This document shows, piece by piece, positions 7,629 through 15,727 of a DNA stretch of 35,116 nucleotides. The position numbers and the translations under genes are program-made. The stretch's first letter is position 1. Each line of letters starts with the position of its first letter. The DNA comes from a virus (lineage: Duplodnaviria > Caudoviricetes): the IMG/VR virus record IMGVR_UViG_3300020045_002986, positions 1 through 35,116 of that record; one strand, given 5' to 3'. Under the pieces are notes generated by a model. It was not told the DNA's origin. It saw only the letters and a program-made list of their open reading frames with translations, and searched no databases.

Positions 7629-7636
7629 TATCTTTG
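7629..7636 (+). promoter_or_regulatory. Bacteroidota -7 element
   Basis: TATCTTTG immediately after the terminator, 20 nt before ATG 7657. Confidence 0.55.
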
Positions 7637-7656
7637 AATAACTTAAAAAAATAATT

Positions 7657-8055
7657 ATGAAAACAATTGAAAATATTACACTTTACAAATGTGATTTTTG
7701 TAAAAAAGAGTTGAAAAGAAAACATGCAATGATTAATCACGAATTAAAATGCAATTGCAACCCAATTAATTTTAGAGCATGTACAAATGGTTGTAAATTT
7801 TTAGAACGTGAAAAAATTGATATTGATATTGAAACACATTTCGACCACTTAAACGGAGAACATTCTTATAAAACAATAGAAGTAAATGCTTTTAAATGTA
7901 CTAAATTTGATAAAATAATGTATCCTTATTCTATTGAGAAATCAATTGCGTTAGAAAAATATCCAGAAACATTTGAAGGCCAAGAGCCAATGCCAAAAAA
8001 GTGTGATAGTTTTGAAGATTTTTACCAAGATATTGAAAATTTTGATATGTTTTAA
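7657..8055 (+). CDS. Cys-rich putative zinc-binding protein
   Basis: CDFC...HELKC...CTNGC...C. Confidence 0.7.
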   Translation: MKTIENITLYKCDFCKKELKRKHAMINHELKCNCNPINFRACTNGCKFLEREKIDIDIETHFDHLNGEHSYKTIEVNAFKCTKFDKIMYPYSIEKSIALEKYPETFEGQEPMPKKCDSFEDFYQDIENFDMF

Positions 8056-8057
8056 TT

Positions 8058-8474
8058 ATGGAGATACTAGTAGTAAAAACAATTAACGGACTTTTAAAAC
8101 CCGCTTTTGATGAAGATAAGGAAAACTTCAACAAATTGCCTAAAGATGGTTATTTTGAAATAAAATACACAAAGAAAAGGAATGTGAAATTTCATCGTAA
8201 ATTTTTCGCACTTCTTAAAATAGCCTACGAAAACCAAAGTGATTATAGATTAATGGAAGACTTAAGGCGTGATCTAATTATTACGTCTGGCCACTATGAC
8301 GAAGTCGTTAATTTTATGACTGGCGAGGTTTACAAAATTGCTAAATCAATTTCATTTAGTAATATGGAAGAAACGGAATTTAATTTAATTTACAACGATG
8401 TAAAAGAAGTTATTATAAAATGGCTCGGAGTTTCTGATGCTAATTTAGAAGAAGAAATAGAAAAATATTTTTAA
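8058..8474 (+). CDS. DUF1367-family (NinB-region) protein
   Basis: RNVKFHRKFFALL...SISFSNMEETEFNLIY. Confidence 0.75.
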   Translation: MEILVVKTINGLLKPAFDEDKENFNKLPKDGYFEIKYTKKRNVKFHRKFFALLKIAYENQSDYRLMEDLRRDLIITSGHYDEVVNFMTGEVYKIAKSISFSNMEETEFNLIYNDVKEVIIKWLGVSDANLEEEIEKYF

Positions 8475-8493
8475 TTATGAAAAATAAATTTTG

Positions 8494-8586
8494 TATCTTT
8501 GACCTAATAGGAGTGGTCGCCTAATTAACAATATTATAAAACTCCAGCAATGATAAAGACGACCACCTTTTGATTTGCTGGTTTTT
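8494..8586 (+). ncRNA. Promoter plus kissing-loop leader RNA, copy B
   Basis: TATCTTTG; P1 TAGG/CCTA with loop GTGGTCG; P2 CCAGCAA/TTGCTGG with loop CGACCAC; T tract. Confidence 0.65.
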
Positions 8587-8592
8587 ACTTTT

Positions 8593-9144
8593 ATGGAAAT
8601 TTGGAAAAAAATTAAAGGTTATGAAGATTTTTATGAAATATCTTCTTTAGGTAGGGTTAAGTCTTTGCCAAGAAAAGTTAGGTTTTTACAATCAAAAACT
8701 GGTGTAGAGTATTTTAGATTTACTAAGGAAAAAATATTATCAAATGGTAATTGTAAAGGTTATAATTCTATTAGTTTATCAAAAGAAAATATAACAATAA
8801 CTTACAGAGTTTGTAGATTAGTTGCTATTAATTTTATAAAAAATAAAGAAAATAAAACTCAAGTAAATCACATTGACGGAAATAAATCAAATGATTGTTT
8901 ATATAATTTAGAATGGGTTACTCCAAAAGAAAATATGTTACACGCAAAAGAAAATGATTTAATAAAATATTACACAGGAAAAGAACATTATTCAGCAAAA
9001 AGGGTTTTTTGTACTGAAAACAATAAAATATTTTACACTATATTAGAGGCTTCAATATACATAGGATTAAGTCAAAGTCATTTATCAAGAATACTTAGAA
9101 ATAAATTCAAAAACTCAACTTCATTAATTTTATTAGATGCCTAA
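8593..9144 (+). CDS. NUMOD4-HNH homing endonuclease
   Basis: EIWKKIKGYE..YEISSLGRVKS (NUMOD4), VNHIDGNKSN..LYNLEWVT..EN..H (HNH), C-terminal NUMOD1-like segment; ATG 8593 preferred over TTG 8575, which lies in the leader stem. Confidence 0.9.
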   Translation: MEIWKKIKGYEDFYEISSLGRVKSLPRKVRFLQSKTGVEYFRFTKEKILSNGNCKGYNSISLSKENITITYRVCRLVAINFIKNKENKTQVNHIDGNKSNDCLYNLEWVTPKENMLHAKENDLIKYYTGKEHYSAKRVFCTENNKIFYTILEASIYIGLSQSHLSRILRNKFKNSTSLILLDA

Positions 9145-9766
9145 TTGTAGATACCATAAAACAAAGTTTATAGCTAAATATTTTAATCAAAAATATTGTT
9201 TGTCAGATGATGATTGTATAAAAGCTTTTTCAGAATACGTTAAAAGTGAAAAAACAAAAAAAGATAATAAAAAATGGAACGCAGAAAAAAAGGAATTAAA
9301 AGAAAGTTTAAAAAACAAATCAGATTACGAAAAAGATTTACAAAAAGAAATTAACACCATTGTTAGATTAATTGATAAAGGTAGTTTTTGCCATTCCACA
9401 AAGAAACCATTAAACGAAAAGTTCGACGCTGGGCATTTTTTCAGCGTGGGCTCTAATAATTCAATAAGATTTAACCTTTTTAATATTTATGCACAAAGTG
9501 TTTATGCAAATCAATATCTATCAGGCGACCAGATAAACTTTTTAAACGTTTTAAGCGAGGTTTACGGAATTGAGCATAAAGAATACGTTTTATCTTTAAA
9601 AGGACTTTATACCTATGTAAAATTAAGTATTGAAGATTTAAAAGAAAAAATTATAATTGCAAGGCAAATAGTAAATGAATTAAAAAAAGCAGATTTAATA
9701 TATCCTACTAAAATGCGTTTACAATTAAGAAAAGTTTATAACGATATAATAGGAATTTACAATTAA
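9137..9766 (+). CDS. ninG: NinG/Rap-family recombination endonuclease
   Basis: LQKEINTIVRLID...DAGHFFSVG..NSIRFN..NIYAQ...N...SGD. Confidence 0.8.
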   Translation: MPNCRYHKTKFIAKYFNQKYCLSDDDCIKAFSEYVKSEKTKKDNKKWNAEKKELKESLKNKSDYEKDLQKEINTIVRLIDKGSFCHSTKKPLNEKFDAGHFFSVGSNNSIRFNLFNIYAQSVYANQYLSGDQINFLNVLSEVYGIEHKEYVLSLKGLYTYVKLSIEDLKEKIIIARQIVNELKKADLIYPTKMRLQLRKVYNDIIGIYN

Positions 9767-9789
9767 ACGTAAAAAAGTTGCGTAAAGAT

Positions 9790-9918
9790 TTGCGAGATTA
9801 AAATATTAAGTTTACTTTTACATTTGTATTAAGGTGAGAGCTAATACCTAACATAAAAATATTTATACCATAATCGGGCGGGCGCTCTCACATTTAGCCC
9901 AATCGATTATGGTATTTT
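9790..9918 (+). ncRNA. Promoter plus kissing-loop leader RNA, copy C
   Basis: TTG-N20-TACTTTTA (or TACATTTG 9819-9826); P1 GTATTA/TAATAC with loop GTGAGAGC; P2 12-bp ATACCATAATCG/CGATTATGGTAT with loop GCTCTCAC. Confidence 0.65.
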
Positions 9919-9957
9919 CATTTAATAGTTTATCGGAAACTTAAAAACCGTTATGTT

Positions 9958-10185
9958 ATGGCAAAGTTAGAATTAAGGCATTTAGACTGTACTAATGAAA
10001 AAAGGTACACAACAGTAGAATTAATAGAATTGTATTCTAAAAAAGCAATTAAGGTTAATATTTACGATTTAGACACGAATAAAATAGTTCCTATTATTTT
10101 AGATAAATCAACTGCTATCCGTTTAAGTAAAACACTACGTACTGAAATAAATAAAATTACAGAAAGCGAGGCAAACAATGGCTAA
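9958..10185 (+). CDS. Hypothetical protein
   Basis: 75 aa, LDKSTAIRLSKTLRTEINKI. Confidence 0.75.
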   Translation: MAKLELRHLDCTNEKRYTTVELIELYSKKAIKVNIYDLDTNKIVPIILDKSTAIRLSKTLRTEINKITESEANNG

Positions 10186-10858
10186 GGAACTTCCATACTT
10201 TAAATTTGAGCCGGCAGAATATTTAACTAAAGATATTTCATTTTGCAGTTTATCAGCACAAGGATTATTTATAAATATTTGTAGCTACTATTGGCAACGT
10301 AATTGCGAACTTACAAAAGAGCAATTATTAAGACGTTTAAACCACGAAACAGAACTTAACGAACTTATTAAAGAGGGTGTTATTGATTTGGTAGAAAACA
10401 GAATTTTTATTAAGTTTTTAGATAATCAACTTAATGAAGTTGAAAATAAAAGTAAAACTAATTCTACCAATGGTAGTAAGGGTGGACGACCAAAGAAAAA
10501 CCAAACTGAAAGCGAAACAAAACCGAACTTAAACCCAACTGAAAGCGAAAGTATAAGCGAATCAAAAGGCATAAGAGAAGATAAGATAAAAGAAGATGAA
10601 ATAAAAGAAAAGAACAGTAAGGCGAATTTAGAAATTCGCTCGCTCTCTTTTAAAAATTCATTAATCCCATTTAAACAAAAATATTCTATTGACTTACTTA
10701 AAAACTTTTTTAACTATTGGATAGAGCCAAACCGAAGCAATACTAAAATGCGTTTTGAACTTGAAAAGACTTGGAGTATTGAAAGACGTTTAGAAACTTG
10801 GGCGAAAAGAGATAAAGACTTTGCACCTAAACAACAATTAAAAAATGATAGATTATGA
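10178..10858 (+). CDS. DUF1376/YdaU-like replication initiator
   Basis: LPYFKFEPAEYL...LSAQGLFINICSYYW N-domain, NGSKGGRP linker, low-complexity centre with DNA repeats; upstream of the helicase. Confidence 0.7.
   Translation: MAKELPYFKFEPAEYLTKDISFCSLSAQGLFINICSYYWQRNCELTKEQLLRRLNHETELNELIKEGVIDLVENRIFIKFLDNQLNEVENKSKTNSTNGSKGGRPKKNQTESETKPNLNPTESESISESKGIREDKIKEDEIKEKNSKANLEIRSLSFKNSLIPFKQKYSIDLLKNFFNYWIEPNRSNTKMRFELEKTWSIERRLETWAKRDKDFAPKQQLKNDRL
10504..10639 (+). other. Candidate replication origin (iteron-like repeats)
   Basis: AACTGAAAGCGAAA twice, 33 bp apart; purine-rich tract; GCGAATTT/AAATTCGC inverted repeat; inside the initiator gene. Confidence 0.5.
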
Positions 10859-11364
10859 CTTGGACAGAACAAAACGCATTTAAACGAATTTATAACGTTT
10901 TTAAGCGAAATAAACAAAACGTGTATAAAGAAGATATTGACGCACTAAAATTAATCGATGAAGCAATACAAAATAAAAACAGAAACTTTATCACAAACAA
11001 TGTTTTATTCGCAAAATTATTAGCTTTACAACTTAATCAAAATTTAGTACATTACGGAACAATAGAACACGCTATTAAAAAACTGAAAGAAGATATTTCG
11101 CAAACTTTAGATTATGATTTGATTTTATTACAAATGAATTTAAACAACTCGGAACTATTAAATTATTTTAATTCTATCGGGGTTAATACTTCAAATCCTA
11201 ATTTACTAAATGAAACGGAAAAATTAAAAGACAAAGAAATTATAAACGAAAAGCAAAATGAAATAGTTTTGCAGTTAAAAAAAAGTTGGGATTTTGAATT
11301 AGTAGAAAAAAGTTTTATTAAAACTGCAAACGAATTATTAAAAGATGTGAAATATTATGAATAG
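10855..11364 (+). CDS. Hypothetical protein
   Basis: 169 aa, ATGA overlap. Confidence 0.75.
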   Translation: MTWTEQNAFKRIYNVFKRNKQNVYKEDIDALKLIDEAIQNKNRNFITNNVLFAKLLALQLNQNLVHYGTIEHAIKKLKEDISQTLDYDLILLQMNLNNSELLNYFNSIGVNTSNPNLLNETEKLKDKEIINEKQNEIVLQLKKSWDFELVEKSFIKTANELLKDVKYYE

Positions 11365-11761
11365 AGAAATTAAATTTAGAGCTTTTCATTTATTAAATAA
11401 AACAATGTTTTGGTTTGATGTTATGAATGGAAATCATAGTCATGGAAATGGATATATAGGAATGACTCCATTTGGCGAAGAAATAACTAAAAAAAGTTAT
11501 AGAGATAATGTTTGTTTAGTTGATCCAACTGATTGTAATATTATGCAATTCACTGGATTAAAAGATAAAAATGGAATTGATATTTATTTTGATGACTTAT
11601 ATAAGGATGAAGATGGTGATGTTTTTAAGGTCGTAAAACTTGAATGCGGTAGATTTGCATTAGAAATGGTATCTAATAATTATATAGATGAGTTTATAGA
11701 TTGGAATGAAGTTGAAATAATAGGAAACATTTACGAAAACCCAGAACTTTTAAATAAATAG
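11357..11761 (+). CDS. yopX: YopX-family protein
   Basis: MNREIKFRA...MQFTGLKDKNG.DIY...EIIGNIYENPELL. Confidence 0.9.
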   Translation: MNREIKFRAFHLLNKTMFWFDVMNGNHSHGNGYIGMTPFGEEITKKSYRDNVCLVDPTDCNIMQFTGLKDKNGIDIYFDDLYKDEDGDVFKVVKLECGRFALEMVSNNYIDEFIDWNEVEIIGNIYENPELLNK

Positions 11762-11763
11762 TT

Positions 11764-12603
11764 ATGAGTGATTTTAATTTTGATGAATTATTACAAAGTT
11801 CTGAAGCACAAAATACAATTGACTATTTACAAATATTAAAAGATAGTTTAATTGATCCAAGCGAAGAAATAAAACAACAACCTATTGCATTAAGTATTGG
11901 GGAAAGTTCTTATAAAGGAGTTAAATATCCTATTCCGTTTGGAAGTTATGGAGATTTCAGTTGTATTGTTGGCGCGTCAAAGAGTAGAAAAACATTTTTT
12001 AAATCTATGATTGAGGCGGCTTATATTGGAGGTACTTCAAATGTTTACAATCCAAGCATAAAAGGGCATAGACAAACAGAAAAATTTGTTTTGTCATTTG
12101 ACACAGAGCAATCACACTTCCACGCTCAGAGAGTACAAAGACGAGTTTTAGAATTGATAGGTGGTAATTGTGATTATTACAAAACTTTCGGATTGAGAAG
12201 TTACACGCCAATTGAAAGATTTCAATTTATCGATTGGGTAGTATTTGAAAGCGAATACAAAGATAATATAGGTTTAATGTCAATAGATGGTTTTGTAGAT
12301 TTAGTAACTGATTTTAATAGTTTGGAGCAATCAACTGGATTAACCGAAAAATTATTAAATTGGACTGCTAAAGGAAAAATGCATTGTACAGGTATTTTGC
12401 ATAAGAACTTCGGAACATCAAAACCAGTTGGACACGTAGGAAGTAGTGTTTTGAAAAAAGCAGAAACAGTTGTATTTGTAGAAAAAGACGAAGAACATAC
12501 AATTGCTAAATGTGAATATTCACGTAACCAACCATTTAACGATATTAAATTTATGGTAGATGATAACGATTGGTTGCCAAAAGAAGTATTTGATTTTATT
12601 TAA
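11764..12603 (+). CDS. RecA-like AAA_25 ATPase, putative replicative helicase
   Basis: Walker A variant GASKSRKT, FDTEQ, Walker B LMSIDG, GHVGS. Confidence 0.75.
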   Translation: MSDFNFDELLQSSEAQNTIDYLQILKDSLIDPSEEIKQQPIALSIGESSYKGVKYPIPFGSYGDFSCIVGASKSRKTFFKSMIEAAYIGGTSNVYNPSIKGHRQTEKFVLSFDTEQSHFHAQRVQRRVLELIGGNCDYYKTFGLRSYTPIERFQFIDWVVFESEYKDNIGLMSIDGFVDLVTDFNSLEQSTGLTEKLLNWTAKGKMHCTGILHKNFGTSKPVGHVGSSVLKKAETVVFVEKDEEHTIAKCEYSRNQPFNDIKFMVDDNDWLPKEVFDFI

Positions 12604-12605
12604 TC

Positions 12606-12878
12606 ATGGCAAAGCAAATAAAAAACATACCAGATACAAAACATCCAATGCAATTAGAGGATAAAGAATACACCTTACTTGTAAACTTTGAAATACAAGA
12701 GATAAACGGTAAGCAATGTAAATTACATAGCACAACTAAAAACCAACACGTTAATTCAATATGGGTTAATGGAGTAGAAAAGTTTCACTGGATATATAAA
12801 TTCAAATATTTATGTGGCGGTGGGTTCACAATAGAAATAAATCATTACGATAACATTGTTAAATTTAAAGAGATATGA
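12606..12878 (+). CDS. Hypothetical protein
   Basis: 90 aa, tightly packed. Confidence 0.7.
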   Translation: MAKQIKNIPDTKHPMQLEDKEYTLLVNFEIQEINGKQCKLHSTTKNQHVNSIWVNGVEKFHWIYKFKYLCGGGFTIEINHYDNIVKFKEI

Positions 12879-13603
12879 AAAAAGTAATATGGAGTTTATT
12901 TGATAGCGAAACCGCAATTACGCAACAATTAAATTCAGATGAATATATTGTTTATTCTATTGGCTTACCAAGTTCATCAGCTGTAACTGATAATTTTATT
13001 AATATGGATTTAAGTAAAAGGAGTTGTTTGAAAAAATTAGAAAAATTACCTAAACCGGATATAATATTTGCGAGCCCACCTTGTGAAACTTGGGTAACTG
13101 TAAACATTGGAAATGTAATACATTTTAATAGGAACTTTAATGAATACAATTTTTATTGGCAGCGTAATTTTAAAGGAAATGATTTTTTGCCTAAGTATAA
13201 AAAAAATAGATTATTGGGTCAAAGGACAGCATATTATACAGCTGAAATAATAAAGAAATTTAATCCTGCTTTATGGACAATAGAAAACGGAAGTAGCAGT
13301 TTAATATTTAAGTATTTAAACAAATATCATAACGTTAAAGGAAATCAAAATAAAACTTATTACTCTAGCTATGATAGCATTAATTTTGGAAGAAAGCCAA
13401 CCACTTTTTACAGTAATTTAAAAATGAATTTAAGGAATGATTTTAAAAAAGGAAGTAAAGTTATTGAGAGAGTAGCAACTAAAAACAGAAAGCCTGGTAT
13501 TAAGTATTTAGATAATTATTGCGAACGTTCATGCGTTCCAATACAGATTTATAATCACATATTAGACATTTATAACGGTAAACAACAATTATCTTTATTT
13601 TAA
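12875..13603 (+). CDS. C5-cytosine DNA methyltransferase-like protein
   Basis: ASPPC (motif IV), IENG (motif VI), RKPT, ERS (motif X-like); atypical motif I (SLFDSET). Confidence 0.65.
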   Translation: MKKVIWSLFDSETAITQQLNSDEYIVYSIGLPSSSAVTDNFINMDLSKRSCLKKLEKLPKPDIIFASPPCETWVTVNIGNVIHFNRNFNEYNFYWQRNFKGNDFLPKYKKNRLLGQRTAYYTAEIIKKFNPALWTIENGSSSLIFKYLNKYHNVKGNQNKTYYSSYDSINFGRKPTTFYSNLKMNLRNDFKKGSKVIERVATKNRKPGIKYLDNYCERSCVPIQIYNHILDIYNGKQQLSLF

Positions 13604-13620
13604 AATAAAACATTTTTTAG

Positions 13621-13750
13621 TTGCGTATTAAAAAAACATTTTATACATTTGCTTAACACTTACGGTCTGAACATTAGGTAAGTTAAAAACATTAGCCCTT
13701 TTATTGGCGAGTTACTTCAGACCTAACTCAAAAATAATAGGGCATTTTTT
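13621..13750 (+). ncRNA. Promoter plus kissing-loop leader RNA, copy D
   Basis: TTG-N20-TACATTTG; P1 ACTTAC/GTAAGT with loop GGTCTGAA; P2 GCCCT/AGGGC and GAGTTA/TAACTC with loop TTCAGACC; T6 tract. Confidence 0.65.
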
Positions 13751-13762
13751 ATTTATAACATT

Positions 13763-13936
13763 ATGGAAAAATTACAATACGGAACAGTTGACACAGCAAA
13801 TTTATATGAACATACAATAACTTTTTTTTTTGATAAAAACATGAAAGTTTGCGCTGGAGAATTTGCGATAATTAAAATAGATACTCTTGACGAAAAAATC
13901 AAGTTAGAAGAATTTATTGAATCACTAAAAAAATAA
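13763..13936 (+). CDS. Small hypothetical protein (57 aa, MEKLQYGTVDTANLYEH...)
   Basis: Manually read ORF after leader D; contains a T10 tract. Confidence 0.65.
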   Translation: MEKLQYGTVDTANLYEHTITFFFDKNMKVCAGEFAIIKIDTLDEKIKLEEFIESLKK

Positions 13937-13940
13937 CATT

Positions 13941-14399
13941 ATGAAAAATCCACAAGAATTAATAGGTAAGAAAGTTCGAGGTTTTAAGTTTGAGAAATAT
14001 TGGAATAAACAAATGAAAAATTGTATTGGTAAAGTTGGAATAATAAAACATTATTTTAAACACAACAATATGATGTTTGTTTCTTTTGATAATGAGTGTT
14101 GGAGTTACCCATACGATCAAATAGAAGCTCATTTAGTAGAAGATGAAATACAAACTTTTACAAAGGAAGATTTAAAAACATTTTATAATATTGGTTTTGT
14201 AAATGGCGTAAATAAAGAAAGTAAATCTTCTTGTTTGGAGTTTGAAGAACATTTTAAAGATATTTTTAAACCAACCAAAGAAGAACAACTAACCGCAATT
14301 CTTGGAAGTTCAGACAAAGTAAGTGAAATAATAGAATTGTTTAACGATAAAAAAACTAATACATATGATTACGATAAAGATGGTAGGTTTATTTCATAA
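13941..14399 (+). CDS. Hypothetical protein
   Basis: 152 aa. Confidence 0.75.
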   Translation: MKNPQELIGKKVRGFKFEKYWNKQMKNCIGKVGIIKHYFKHNNMMFVSFDNECWSYPYDQIEAHLVEDEIQTFTKEDLKTFYNIGFVNGVNKESKSSCLEFEEHFKDIFKPTKEEQLTAILGSSDKVSEIIELFNDKKTNTYDYDKDGRFIS

Positions 14400-14410
14400 C
14401 AACTAAAATT

Positions 14411-14614
14411 ATGAGTACAGAAAAGAAATTAACGGCAATGCAAGAATTAATTAGTAAATTAAACCCTATTTTTTTCACAGAAGAAGAAGCTAACTATTAT
14501 TTAGAATTAGAAAAGCAACAGATTATTGATTCTGGAGAAACTGCCTTGCAAACAGATTTTTATATAGAATATGAAAGCGTTGAAGATTATTATAATCAAA
14601 CTTTTAAAAACTAA
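14411..14614 (+). CDS. Hypothetical phage protein
   Basis: LTAMQEL...ELEKQQIID...YYNQTF motif common in Bacteroidota phages. Confidence 0.75.
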   Translation: MSTEKKLTAMQELISKLNPIFFTEEEANYYLELEKQQIIDSGETALQTDFYIEYESVEDYYNQTFKN

Positions 14615-14618
14615 TCAA

Positions 14619-15053
14619 ATGAAAAAACTAATTATATTACTATTTCCACTTATAGGATTTTCCCAGGTGGGAATAAATACCACAACGCCAAGTAACACGC
14701 TAGACGTAAACGGAACCGCAAGAGTAAGAAGCTTAACAACAGGAACGGTAGAAACAACTACAATAGGTGTTCAATACACAATTCCGTACACTACGAGTTG
14801 CATGGGTGTTGTAGATAACACTGGAACGCTTTTAAAAGGCTTTGGAGCAACTACAACAAAGATTAATAACACAACATACCGAATTACGTTTATAGTTCCG
14901 CAAATCGATAATAACTACGTAATTTTGCTATGTGGAAAACTAAGACATCTATCTTACACGAACGCAACTCTAAATAGTTTTGACGTGATAATTGATTCAA
15001 ATCCAGCAAGCGTTCCGAACTTTGATTTTAACTTTGTTGTTTATAAATTGTAA
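14619..15053 (+). CDS. Secreted Flavobacterium-type protein (moron)
   Basis: Sec signal MKKLIILLFPLIGFS then QVGINTTTPSNTLDVNG; ATG 14619 preferred over 14571. Confidence 0.7.
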   Translation: MKKLIILLFPLIGFSQVGINTTTPSNTLDVNGTARVRSLTTGTVETTTIGVQYTIPYTTSCMGVVDNTGTLLKGFGATTTKINNTTYRITFIVPQIDNNYVILLCGKLRHLSYTNATLNSFDVIIDSNPASVPNFDFNFVVYKL

Positions 15054-15056
15054 ATT

Positions 15057-15725
15057 ATGAAAGTAACAGAAAAGATATACATTGAAAATTGTGATAATAT
15101 GCAGTTAATGGCTCGTTATCCAGACAACTATTTTGATTTAGCAATAGTTGACCCGCCTTATGGTATTGATTTTAGTAATTTTAATAGAACTAATAAAACA
15201 ACCGATGGCACAAGAGTAAAAGCTAATAAGTACAAAAACTCTAATTGGGATGACTCAATTCCAAAAGATGAATATTTTATTGAATTACAAAGAGTCTCTA
15301 AAAATCAAATTGTATGGGGTGGAAATTATTTTCCTCTTTTATGGAATAATGGGTGTAAAGGTTTTATTTTTTGGTATAAAGGAAATCCAGTCCCTAATTT
15401 TGCGGATGGAGAATTAGCCTATACTTCATTTAATAAAGTTGCAAAACAATTTGATTTTAGATATTATGGAGCTTTACAAGGTAAAACAAGTGCAGATGAT
15501 AAAATACACCCAACACAAAAACCTAAAGAGCTTTATAAGTGGTTACTTGATAATTATGCAAAACCAAACGATAAAATACTTGATACACATTTAGGATCAG
15601 GAAGTATTGCAATAGCTTGCCACGATTATGGGTTTGAATTAACTGCTTGCGAATTAGACAAGGAATACTACAATAAAGCAATTCAAAGAATTAAAAACCA
15701 TATATCACAAATGAAATTATTTTAA
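15057..15725 (+). CDS. N6-adenine/N4-cytosine DNA methyltransferase, beta class
   Basis: DPPY before HPTQKP and DTHLGSGS (motif IV before motif I). Confidence 0.9.
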   Translation: MKVTEKIYIENCDNMQLMARYPDNYFDLAIVDPPYGIDFSNFNRTNKTTDGTRVKANKYKNSNWDDSIPKDEYFIELQRVSKNQIVWGGNYFPLLWNNGCKGFIFWYKGNPVPNFADGELAYTSFNKVAKQFDFRYYGALQGKTSADDKIHPTQKPKELYKWLLDNYAKPNDKILDTHLGSGSIAIACHDYGFELTACELDKEYYNKAIQRIKNHISQMKLF

Positions 15726-15727
15726 CA

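Noticed and set aside
8477-8524. Leader peptide MKNKFCIFDLIGVVA overlapping leader B
   Set aside because: Starts upstream of the promoter and no equivalent was noticed in copies A, C or D; cannot be supported
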